Assembly (NCBI RefSeq): GCF_001194135.2
Contig: NC_068982.1
Coordinates: forward strand, 67,390,182 to 67,424,593
DNA length: 34,412 bases
Reading direction: 5' to 3'
Origin: Octopus bimaculoides
Lineage: Eukaryota
The first letter of the stretch is position 1. Each line of letters starts with the position of its first letter. The notes under the pieces were generated by a model, which was given only the letters and a program-made list of their open reading frames with translations, had not been told where the DNA came from and did not search any database. Shown here in pieces: positions 24,334 to 34,412 of the stretch. A program made the position numbers and the translations under genes.

Positions 24334-27300
24334 TTGTGTGTCTGTGTTTGTCCCCCCAACATCGCTTGACAACCGATGGTGGTGAGTTTACATCCCCGTA
24401 ACTTAGCGGTTCGGCAAAAGAGACCGATAGAATAAGTACTAGGCTTCCAAACAATAAGTCCTGGGGTCGATTTGCTCGACTAAAGGCTGTACTCCAGCAT
24501 GGCCGCAGTCAAATGACTGAAACAAGTAAAAGAGTAAAAGAGTAAAAAGTCACTCCTGAAAATGTCGGAAAACTTCTGGAATTCCACTTGTATACACAAG
24601 TATTAAAAACTTTATAGTTAGATATGAATACTAAGGACTCCACAGATGAAAAGTGAGACAGAAAAAACATTCATTTTATATGATACACTCATATCAATTT
24701 CAAACTTATTTCAACAACGAAAAAAAACTGATATTTATTATTGGTAAGACAGTTCTCTCCCTTGCAATCGATTGACAAATGAAACAACAATCAGCTTAGG
24801 ATAAAAAGTATTATGTAAAGACAAAGAAACTTAATCACTTACAGGATTTCCTTCAACAATATTGCCTTGACCATTCCTTACTGCCATAATCTGTTGGCTG
24901 TTGAAGCTAATGATAAGTACAGGACCTTGTTCCATCATCTTCCCAGCAGCAATCTGAAGAAAACAAAATATATAAACATAAGAAAGAGTTAGAGAGAGAG
25001 AGAGAAGAACGTTAATCCAAAGTAACTTTACTAGTCTATATAGTGCAAGATAGCCATCTATATATATAAAAATGAGAATGTGTGTCTGTCTGTCTGTGTG
25101 AATCCCTAAAACTCGAGAACTACGCAACCAATTTCATTCAAATTTTACACATGCCTTACTTAGGGTTCCAGTTGTGTTTTAGTCAAAAAAAATTATTAAC
25201 TTCTTGCAGAGTTCGAGCACACAGCAACATAATATCTCCTCCGCTATTTAAGTATTACGTGTCAAAAGTGAAACAAAAACACTCATGTCAAATACTTTCA
25301 CTTTAAAAATGAAACTATTCCACTAACTGAAACAATCACATTTCGATACTGTAGTGACAGATACTTTCACAGAGAGAGAAAGAGAGAAAGAGAGAGAGAG
25401 AGAGAGATGTATATGTATNNNNNNNNNNNNNNNNNNNNNNNNNNNNNNNNNNNNNNNNNNNNNNNNNNNNNNNNNNNNNNNNNNNNNNNNNNNNNNNNNN
25501 NNNNNNNNNNNNNNNNNNNNNNNNNNNNNNNNNNNNNNNNNNNNNNNNNNNNNNNNNNNNNNNNNNNNNNNNNNNNNNNNNNNNNNNNNNNNNNNNNNNN
25601 NNNNNNNNNNNNNNNNNNNNNNNNNNNNNNNNNNNNNNNNNNNNNNNNNNNNNNNNNNNNNNNNNNNNNNNNNNNNNNNNNNNNNNNNNNNNNNNNNNNN
25701 NNNNNNNNNNNNNNNNNNNNNNNNNNNNNNNNNNNNNNNNNNNNNNNNNNNNNNNNNNNNNNNNNNNNNNNNNNNNNNNNNNNNNNNNNNNNNNNNNNNN
25801 NNNNNNNNNNNNNNNNNNNNNNNNNNNNNNNNNNNNNNNNNNNNNNNNNNNNNNNNNNNNNNNNNNNNNNNNNNNNNNNNNNNNNNNNNNNNNNNNNNNN
25901 NNNNNNNNNNNNNNNNNNNNNNNNNNNNNNNNNNNNNNNNNACAAATATAAGGGTCAAACACTGTCTGTAGCTGGTCTTCTCTTGGAAGAGCCCTGCTTC
26001 TCACATGGACAACTGTATGTTGGCTGCTCAAGAGTGGGCAGCAACAAAAAACCTATTTGTATATGCTCCACAAGGGAAAACAAGGAACATAGTTTACAAT
26101 GAGGTGTTATAATCACAACAGCAAGAAAGTATGTACATGATCACCTTCTTTTACGAAACTTCATTGACTTTCATATATTTATATTGATATACATATATAT
26201 ACGTGTGTGTATATACATCTCTCTATATAAAGATGATGCGTAGTCTAGACGGCGTTTTTAGATTTCATTATTCTTTTTAACCCGGGCATTTCTGCTAGTA
26301 TTCTATATAATAAGTCTCTATATTGTACTAATGGCTTATCTTAACAGCAAACAAAATATCCTTAAACAGCTAATTCATATTAACTTCCTTCATCTAAATT
26401 TAGAGGCTGACATCTATACAGATGTCAACATCATTATCCTTACCTTTTAACATCTACTTTTCCATACCTGACAAAGATCAGATGAAATTCGTTGAAATAG
26501 ATTTTGCAGAGATGGATACTTTTCTTGTCACTAACCCTCAACTGAGCACAAACAGCACAATGGCCAAACATGTTTTCATGGAGAAAATGCAGATAACAGT
26601 GTCAATACGAGGAAACTTAAACACATGAAGGAAGTGAGCATCTTTACACTTCCTGCCGACCAAAGCTAACCACATGGCTTTGGTTGGTGGGGCTGCAGTA
26701 GAAGACACTTGCCCGAAGTGGAAGGAGTGGGACTGAATCCAAAACTACAAGGCTGCAACAAGCACTTCTTTGACCACACAGCAATGCTGCATTTAAATTT
26801 AATCAACTACCAGCTATAGCCAACCAGAAAAGCCAAGAAATATACACATTAAACTAAACAAAGTAGCTGGGTGCATCTATGCGTAAACATTTAAGGATGG
26901 ACATTCAGTGGACTGAAGTTCGTGATTTTAAAATTAGCAAATGACATAATAAGTTTGATGATACAAAACAGGAGAACAGAAATCATATGAGTACATATAT
27001 TGTTTTATTACCAATAATCAGTAGAAGTTTCAGAGTGACTTGAAAGGGTTTGGCACTTATCAAAGTTTGATTACTGCCAATAAACAAAATTCTTGGCCCT
27101 TAGTCTCTGTAACTTCTGCCAATTATTAATAATAAACCAACAACATAATATTAATTTATAGATATATCAATTCATAAAGTACTTACATCTATGTTGTTGA
27201 TATCCAGAACTCGAGAATCAAACCTGTAACCAGCAGCATAGGCCTGTCTGATGGGATGAGCTAAAGTGTTGAATGGCTACAAAATTTTTCAATAAAAATT

Positions 27301-30300
27301 ATATAAATTCAGAGAATGTTAAGGGAATTCAGGTAAACCAACATCTCCCTGTTAATCCTAACTAACAGTTGTTATATGCATTGAAGAGAAGTGGGAGTCA
27401 GTGAGTAATGAAATGCACAAATAATTTAGAAAATTAGGGTGGGGGGACAGAACAATCATCATCATCATCATGTTTGTTTGTCCATGCTGGCATAAACGAT
27501 TTGTAGCAGCACTCCAAGATTGATCAAAAGACCACAATTCCCTTGTAAGCCTTATTTTTGGCATGGTATCTGGCTCACAAGATTCTGTCAACTATCTAAC
27601 CCATGCCAACATGGAAAATAGATATTAGATGGTGATGATAAAGATGAATAAAGAAGATGAGATGGATGATTCCATTAAATTATCAGATGGTTTACTTTTA
27701 AGTCTTGTGTATTTATTTAACAAATTTCATAAAATATCAAGCACTGAAATCTTTGAAAACAGAAAATAAAAGTTACTCACAGCCTCATAACACCAGTCCT
27801 TTAGGATTTCAAGGTCACCTCGAATCATTGCCTGTAGAAGAAAGCATAAGAAATAAATTAAAAGAAATAAAAAAAATTGTATATTTTGTCCGTGAAAATA
27901 ATAATTATCAATTACCAAAGTTTTCCATAAAATGTTCATGTCACTGGATTACCCATGTAATGAAATGATTTCTTTTTCAAATTTTTGTAGTATATTGAGC
28001 CAGTACTCATCTCTGGTTTCCATGGTGTTAAACAGATAAAAAAAATCTTTATGAAGATAGGACCTCAGTTATCATTAATGTCCACTTTTTCAAACTTGCA
28101 CAGGTCAGATGGAATTCGTTGAGGCAGATTCTCTATGATTACATGCCCATCCCATTACCAACCCTTACTTGTTTCTAAGTAAGGTAATATTTTTCTCTTG
28201 GTTGGAAATGTTTTTACAAACAATAGAAACGACTGACACCACTTGTATGATATGGTTACTTGTTTATAAGTATCATGCAATGTCAAGACAAAGGAGACAC
28301 AAACACCAGTTTCATTGCTATTGTAGAAGACAAAGGTACTATGCAGTGGGACTGAACCCAAAACCATGCAGTTCGGAAGAAACTACTTAACCACACAGCT
28401 ATACCTGCACCTCAGTCTCCTATACAGAATTCATCCTAGTAGGCTGACAGTGAAAGACATTATATAGAACAAAAAGAACACACAAACTGTTGACAGCTTC
28501 TGCTCGTTACATAGGTGATCTGATCAGTGATTGCGGTAGCAGTAGTGAAAGCTTAGAAAAAGTTCAGGTAATGTCTATTGACAACAAATTTCTTTCTCTG
28601 AGTGAAGGATAGATTGTATGATGCTTGTATACAAAGTGTAGTATTACATGGTGGCAAGACATGAGTCCTGAATATGGTTGAAAGAAATGAGGGGAGTATG
28701 TTTCACTGAATGTGTAAAGGTAGTGTGATGAATGATGGACTACAGGCGTGCTGACAGAGAAGACTGAGTGGAAGAGATTTCAGCAACTGTGTATAAAAGA
28801 AGAGGCTGCATTGTCATCATCATATACAAATAGTGAGAGAGAGAGAAGTGAAAAATGTTTCAAATGATGGACATAAAAGAAGCCTATGGAAGAGGAAGAC
28901 CAAAGAGGACAAATGAAGAAGTTGAAAGGTTTCAGTTGAGGATGCTGAACATCACAAAGAGATGATGAAGGGCTTTGATAAGCGGCAAGATGCTGAGATC
29001 AAACAAGTCTATCAAACTCTTGCAAGCTCAGAAAAGCAGCTGCATCGAAAGGAAGGAAGGAAAGAAAGAAGGGTCAAAGGCAGAAAGATATAAATTAAGA
29101 TATTCCACATGCTTTACCTCAAGAATATTTGGAATAATTTCCCGTTCACAGCTCTTCAGGAATGTTTCTTTATCAAACGTTGGGTCTATACGACAGATTT
29201 CTGTTAATACTTCTGACATTTCTGTTTTTGAGAACATGCTACCTGATGAGGAAAATATAATTATATTTTAAATTACATTTAAAAATACACATTTTCATTA
29301 TTAATGAATGAATAAACATTTGATAATTTTCAATACTAATAAATAATAATCAGTTTTAAAAATGCACACGGCGCCTTTGTTCAAATTCCAAGGCTTATAA
29401 CATTTCAAAGTTTTTCAGAAGTATATAACTTTTATTTTTACTGTTTGAAACTTAAATAAAATTAATCATGATTATAATGATTTTGATGATATTCATACAC
29501 AAAGGAGACAACAAAGAGACTACAGTAAGTGGTGATGCTGAGTTGGAAAAAAATTCTCCGAACCTTATACAAACATAGGTAAACAGATAAAATTATGATG
29601 ATGAAATTGAAAAACAGATTCAAAATGATGAGGACTCATATAAAGGAGGATACAGCCATCTAAATGAACTCAGTCCTCAATATCCATAACTTTTGAACAG
29701 AGAACATAAATGAACATAATTAACCCTTTTGATACCAATCCACCCAAGAATACCCCAGATTTTATGACCAGTGGTTTAAATTATAATCTTCCATCAAAAT
29801 TTTATCATAATTTGTTCCAGACTCCAGCTTAATAATTAGAAAGTTATTTTACTAAATACTTTATTATTTCAAAAATTAATTGAAACAAAGGCAACATATG
29901 TTAACAGAAATATGATCCTTTATGGTAAAGAAACCTATCAGAATGAACAATTTTTGTAATATACTTACCAAATACCATTCCCACTTTATCAGTGAATACA
30001 CGAGTGGCTCGTACTACAACATTGTCACTTTCATCGTATTTCATTTTTAAATCAAATAATTCTAAAGAAAAGGAAAAGAATTCATTAAGAAAATATCATT
30101 ATTATTATTAAAATAAGAAAATATGTGGAAGAATTTAATTTTGCAACCTTGGAAACCATATTTCTATATATTTTTTGTTTGAAGAACTAATGTCCATGAC
30201 ATTACATTCTAACATTCTTCACAACAAATCAACTCACTGAACACTTCTAAAAACTCATATTAGTTCATTTTTCCCAACAAAAACCACCATCTATTTCATC

Positions 30301-31882
30301 ATATTCAAGATATTAAGTATACTAATAATATAGGAAGGCTTTTAACATGTGCATTTTGTAGTAACATTAATTCCATTGCAAAAGATGGCATTAGATAAAA
30401 TATAAAATGATAAATCTCAGCAGAAACATGGGATTTATTCGATTCATATATATATTTGACAGCAATATATTCTGTTAATACTAAATATCATTATCTCTGC
30501 TAGTATTTAAACAATACACAAAGGATCAAATTATCTAGGGGAAAAAGAGAAACAACACATTATAAACAGGCACAGTCGTGTGGTTTAGGACAAGCAATGC
30601 TTCTCGACCATGTGGTTTTAGGTTCAGTCCCACTGCCTGCCATTTTGGGCAAGTGTCTTGAACTATTATAGCACAAGGCCAACTAAAGCCATGTGAGTGG
30701 ATTTGGAAGATGGAGACTAATAGAAGCCCATCATTGTGTGAGTGCATGTGTCTGTATGTGTATATGCATGTGCATGCATGTTTGTGTATGTCACCTTGTC
30801 TTAATATTGTGTGGTAGTTGTGAGAGTGTAAATAACTATTTTAACATACACACACACATACGTACATACATACAATAGGATGCTATGCAATTCTCCTTAC
30901 TAATTTAACTCAGACAGTATTGGTCAGCCAGAGGCCAAAGAAGACACTTGCCCAAGATGCCACACAGTGGGATTGACCTAAATTGCTAAGAAATAAGCAA
31001 TAAATCTACAAAAGCAGAGATTCTTGACCCTATCATGCCATGTTCCTCGTATACCAAGAATAGCAGAAATAAAACCTCAACTGGATTCCCAGTAATGAAC
31101 AACACACATAGAAAAAGAAGATAAAATACTTAAAATAGAGAACCGGTCACATTTCAGCTTCATAGTCAAGTATGTTTAGGACTCATTGTTAATGGTGTCC
31201 CCTAAGGCTGTTGTTTACTTTTGCTTTTAATCACAAAAATAAACTGACTTTGTAATGAAACAAGCATGTGATGAACCCAGCATTTCAACTTGTAAACAAG
31301 TAAGGACTAGACTTTTTGCAGTTGAAGAAATTATTGATAATATTTATTCTGCAGACAGTTTACATTTATGCAGGCAATGCGAGTGATTTGGACAACCAAA
31401 CTGGAGAAAGTAATGAGGAAATTAGCAATCTGGGTAAACAAGTACAGTAGTTGAAAGATAAGCCTATTATTGTTATTCTCTTGAGGTTTTTTTGTGTGTG
31501 TGTGTGAGATTCTGTCCATTAGTTTGGCTGCAATGAACAAATACAGTATTATTGTCATTCTGTTATTTATTTTTTTTTTTTTTGTGATTCTGTCCATTAG
31601 TATACTCTTGCGATGTATATACAACTATTTATCTTTTTGTTCAGAAGCCCAGGGGGAAGGTAAAGTTAGACACAAGAGGCCCAGGTCTGAGAGACTAAAC
31701 TACTTTGTTGTAAATTAACATTCGCTAATGTTCTTTCATAAACGAGGGAAAGAAAAGTAAATAAAAAAACACATAAAAATATAAATTTATACTCACTATG
31801 TACATACTGATTATTATCTTTAAAATTCTGCCAACTTTGGAACCAGCGAGAGTCTTTGTGCAAAACAACTCCTGTAGCATCT
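22660..31882 (-). CDS. TIMM44: TIMM44, 3' part (7 coding exons, 5'-incomplete): join complement(31797..31882, 29969..30061, 29118..29242, 27781..27831, 27187..27276, 24843..24953, 22660..22779)
   Basis: Manual splicing gives DATGVVLHKDSRWFQSWQNFKDNNQYVHKLFDLKMKYDESDNVVVRATRVFTDKVGMVFGSMFSKTEMSEVLTEICRIDPTFDKETFLKSCEREIIPNILEAMIRGDLEILKDWCYEAPFNTLAHPIRQAYAAGYRFDSRVLDINNIDIAAGKMMEQGPVLIISFNSQQIMAVRNGQGNIVEGNPDQILRIFYVWALCRDQEELDPRAAWKLMDISASSSEQWL*. This is recognisably the Tim44 C-terminal domain (FSKTEMSEVLTEI, KDWCYEA, GKMMEQGPVLII, YVWALCRDQ motifs recalled from animal TIM44). All six introns are GT-AG with compatible phases. Confidence 0.97.
23373..24590 (+). mobile_element. Internally deleted mariner element in the last TIMM44 intron, with a SINE inserted near its right end
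   Basis: Remnants VFHWHKRFKDGRE, RIIHG..M.KICAKFV.KVL, VPHSPNSPDL, SYFEGD*. Left TIR catgaggtgcattccaaaagtttt; right TIR aaaacttctggaattccacttg followed by TA. Confidence 0.8.
24135..24546 (+). mobile_element. Full-length young family-A SINE
   Basis: tRNA-like head, internal (TA)n(TG)n, and (GAGTAAAA)n tail. Confidence 0.92.
24843..24953 (-). CDS. TIMM44: TIMM44 exon (111 nt) IAAGKMMEQGPVLIISFNSQQIMAVRNGQGNIVEGNP
   Basis: Acceptor TTTTCTTCAG and donor GTAAGT. Confidence 0.97.
25057..26298 (+). mobile_element. Helitron, non-autonomous or decayed, with PIF1-helicase C-terminal remnant; spans gap 25419-25941
   Basis: 5' A|TCTATATATATAAAAATG and 3' CTAG|T (26295-26299). Coding remnant 25942-26112 reads KYKGQTLSVAGLLLEEPCFSHGQLYVGCSRVGSN, then after a 1-nt shift in an A6 run KNLFVYAPQGKTRNIVYNEVL*, typical of the Helitron Rep/Hel C-terminus. 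Confidence 0.85.
27187..27276 (-). CDS. TIMM44: TIMM44 exon (90 nt) PFNTLAHPIRQAYAAGYRFDSRVLDINNID
   Basis: Acceptor TTTTGTAG and donor GTAAGT. Contains LAHPI and SRVLDI, matching TIM44. Confidence 0.95.
27781..27831 (-). CDS. TIMM44: TIMM44 exon (51 nt) AMIRGDLEILKDWCYEA
   Basis: Acceptor CTTCTACAG and donor GTGAGT. Confidence 0.96.
28545..28975 (+). mobile_element. Highly degenerate RTE LINE 3' fragment in a TIMM44 intron
   Basis: Remnants resembling SLRVKGRLYDAC..., RLH..HH, GRGRPKRT. The ORF 28975..29271 in the track is antisense noise over an exon. Confidence 0.55.
29118..29242 (-). CDS. TIMM44: TIMM44 exon (125 nt) (G)SMFSKTEMSEVLTEICRIDPTFDKETFLKSCEREIIPNILE
   Basis: Acceptor CATCAG and donor GTAAAG. 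Lies within ORF 29028..29237. Confidence 0.97.
29969..30061 (-). CDS. TIMM44: TIMM44 exon (93 nt) (K)LFDLKMKYDESDNVVVRATRVFTDKVGMVF(G)
   Basis: Acceptor TTTCTTTAG and donor GTAAGT. Contains the MKYDESDN motif. Absent from the ORF track; found by reading the sequence. Confidence 0.95.
30568..30850 (+). mobile_element. Diverged family-A SINE
   Basis: gaccatgtggttttaggttcagtcccactg...gggcaagtgtctt...gtgagtggatttgg. Confidence 0.75.
31797..31882 (-). CDS. TIMM44: TIMM44 exon (86 nt) DATGVVLHKDSRWFQSWQNFKDNNQYVH
   Basis: Acceptor TTCCTTCATTTAG (AG at 31884-31883) and donor GTGAGT (31796-31791). Matches the TIM44 GVVLHKDSKWYQQWKDFK segment. Confidence 0.95.
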
Positions 31883-31958
31883 CTAAATGAAGGAAGAAAA
31901 AAAAAATTGAAATATTTGTTCATTGTGAAATATTGGAAAAAAAAAAATTCAATAAATA

Positions 31959-32356
31959 GGTGCAGGAGTGGCTGTGTGGTAAGTAGCTTGCTTACCAACC
32001 ACATGGTCCTGGGTTCAGTCCCAGTGCATGGCACCATGGACAAGTGTCTTCTACTATAGCCTCGGGCCGATCAAAGCCTTGTGAGTGGATTTGGTAGACG
32101 GAAACTGAAAGAAGCCCGTCGTATATATGTATGTGTGTTTGTGTGTCTGTGTTAGTCCCCCCAACATCGCTTGACAACCAATGCTGGTGTGTTTACGTCC
32201 CCATAACTTAGCGATTCGGCAAAAGAGACTGATAGAATAAGTACTAGGCTTACAAAGAATAAGTCCTGGGGTTGATTTGCTCGACTAAAGGCGGTGCTCC
32301 AGCATGGCCACAGTCAAATGACTGAAACAAGTAAAAGAGTAAAAGAGTAAAAGAGT
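31959..32356 (+). mobile_element. Full-length young family-A SINE
   Basis: Near-identical to 24135-24546, with a (GAGTAAAA)3 tail. It begins about 75 bp from the TIMM44 acceptor at 31883. Confidence 0.92.
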
Positions 32357-32639
32357 AAATGTTATTGAGCATAGTTATTGAAGCAGTGGGTATGATAGAA
32401 TGTATGAGGCATATGCTGATCTGTGACCCTAAGTATATATATTTATGCCTCGCATCAGGCAAGAGAGATAGGGCAGTAAAGATGAGTGAGGTTGAGTGTT
32501 GGAGAGAAGGACTGGGTAGGTCTAATGACATCTCTGGAAGAATGGTTACACTGGAAGAATGGTTCAGTGAACAGGGGGGAAACAGCTGACATCCATAGTT
32601 ACATTAGTAGCGTCTTATAATTCTGCTTGTCACTGTGAT

Positions 32640-33065
32640 TAGAGAAAAAGAGGGAGAGAGAATAAGAGGGAGAAAGAGAAGAGGGAGAGAGAAAAGGAAG
32701 ATGAAGAAACATCTATGATGTGAGGTAGAGGAAATGTAATTGTAAAGCTTTCATGTGATCAGCTGAAGGGAAAGAGAGGAGAGAGAAAAAGAGGATAAGG
32801 GGAAGAGAGAGAGAGAGAGAGAGAAAGATGAGAAAGAAAAAGAGGGAGAGAGAAGCATCCATGATGTAAGGCAGGGGGAACGTAATGTTTATTATTTGGT
32901 TAAAAAAGTTAGTTGAAGGTGGAGGAGGAGAGTTAAAAATATAATATTAGCAGAGGGGTGATGATCAGATGGTAAGGTTAAAGAAAGGCAGAGAGAGGAA
33001 AGAGAGGGTGGGGGGATGATGATGATGATGGTGGTGGTAGTTGTGATGGTAGTGTTGGTGGTGAG
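32640..33065. repeat. Purine-rich (GA)n/(GAA) and (GAT/GGT)n low-complexity tract
   Basis: Directly visible. Confidence 0.85.
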
Positions 33066-34189
33066 TGAATAGTGAAAAGTGTATCTTTCTTTAATTGTAC
33101 TAAGTTTTTATATCACCTATCACTTAATGCATGCGCATAAGTGCAATTCCATGAAATATTCACACTTATTTATGCGGCAGATATATGCAATTTAACTAAA
33201 GGGTGTATCATATGTACAGGATATTTCTTTTTTTGTTTATGAGAAAAATGGAAAAATAAGAGCAAATATTTATTTTATGAATGTTGTGTATTCAGTCAAT
33301 ACAATTGTGCATGAAGTATATAAAGTGTATATATATAGTGCATTAAGTAATCATCGTATTCCAATTTCTTTCACTTTTCAATGAATAGCAGATGAGTGAT
33401 TATCTTTCCATACAGACACAATGCAGGCTGTGCCTTCAATTTTTTTGGATAAAGTTTACAGAAATAACCCAATAGGTTTACCATTAATTCCATGAAATAT
33501 TCACGGGTCCTGCTAGTCACGCAGTAAAAGAGAGACAGTGACAGACAGATGAGAGACAAAGAGAAGAAATCAAAGAAGCAAGTCATTTTTACCATGAACC
33601 ACTCTTTGACAGAGTTTGTATTTCTCCATGATAGCATGGGTTAGATAAATCTATGTTATTGAAGTAATGTTTAATAGCTGAATGTCATTCTTTTCATTAA
33701 CAATTGCCTGTTTTTCAAGTAAGAAATCTCTTATGCTGTGTCTTCAAAGGTACAAAGCTGATGACTGAATTGTTGTCAGAGGAAATGACGCCACACCTTT
33801 ATAGCCCAGTGATTTTTGGAGAAGCACAAACGTCAATACACTCATACGCACACACATACATATTTAACAAGCTTGTTTCAAGTTTCCATCTACCACATCC
33901 ACTCACAAGGATTCGGTCAACATGACACTTATGGTTTGTACAGTGGACTGAACTTACAATCATATAGATGGAAAGTGAACTTCTTAACCACACAGCCATG
34001 CCTGTACTTCTAAAACGTTATTCATTATATTATCATGAGTCAGAGAAAAGGAGTTGGAGAGAGCACTTGCCCTTGCTGTTCAAGGAGACCTTGGACAGTG
34101 GGATTCCTTGATTCTCCCTAAATGTCTTCCTGTATCAGGTAGACCACATCACTATCATCCATTTTTTCTCTCCTTTTCTTTTATCATCA

Positions 34190-34412
34190 TCATCATCATC
34201 GTTTAACGTCCGCTTTCCATGCTAGCATGGGTTGGACGATTTGACTGAGGACTGGTGAAACCGGATGGCAACACCAGGCTCCAATCTAATTTGGCAGAGT
34301 TTCTACAGCTGGATGCCCTTCCTAACGCCAACCACTCAGAGAGTGTAGTGGGTGCTTTTACGTGTCACCCGCACGAAAACGGCCACGCTCGAAATGGTGT
34401 CTTTTATGTGCC
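34190..34412 (-). mobile_element. RTE LINE 3' tail (family C), continuing beyond the window
   Basis: Close reverse complement of 4300-4490, with a (CAT)n terminal repeat at 34184-34200. Confidence 0.85.

Larger units (their letters stand above)
905..25941. other. Assembly gaps: 905-1510, 3103-3112, 4491-4500, 7450-7840, 10596-11038, 17821-17909, 25419-25941
   Basis: N runs, mostly flanked by microsatellites. Confidence 1.

Noticed and set aside
720-26102. Long ORFs spanning N runs (e.g. 720-1589, 7271-8001, 10433-11248, 25323-26031)
   Set aside because: They are open only because N codons contain no stops. Just the Helitron helicase tail of ORF 25407..26102 is meaningful.
32360-34190. Search for the next upstream TIMM44 exon
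   Set aside because: No frame resembling the expected segment with proper splice sites was found; it probably lies beyond 34412.

Overview
AT-rich, repeat-dense eukaryotic DNA from a draft scaffold with seven N gaps. The SINE families and the extreme (AT)n/(GT)n/(GA)n/(CAT)n microsatellite load resemble an octopus genome as I recall it (inference). The only host gene I can support is TIMM44 (mitochondrial import inner membrane translocase subunit Tim44) on the minus strand. Its last seven coding exons (31882 down to 22660) splice in frame at GT-AG sites to give 224 aa plus a stop; the 5' exons appear to lie beyond the right edge. Almost all ORFs in the supplied track are artefacts of microsatellites or N gaps. 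The rest is layered mobile DNA: RTE and L2/CR1-type LINE fragments, several tRNA-derived SINE families, two mariner relics, hAT and piggyBac-type MITEs with visible TSDs, a foldback element, and an intronic Helitron with a PIF1 helicase remnant. Several insertions are nested. I found no convincing novel multi-gene system. The best leads are transposon-derived RNA structures (a 59-nt hairpin, a ~377-bp foldback, inverted SINE pairs) and the intronic Helitron.
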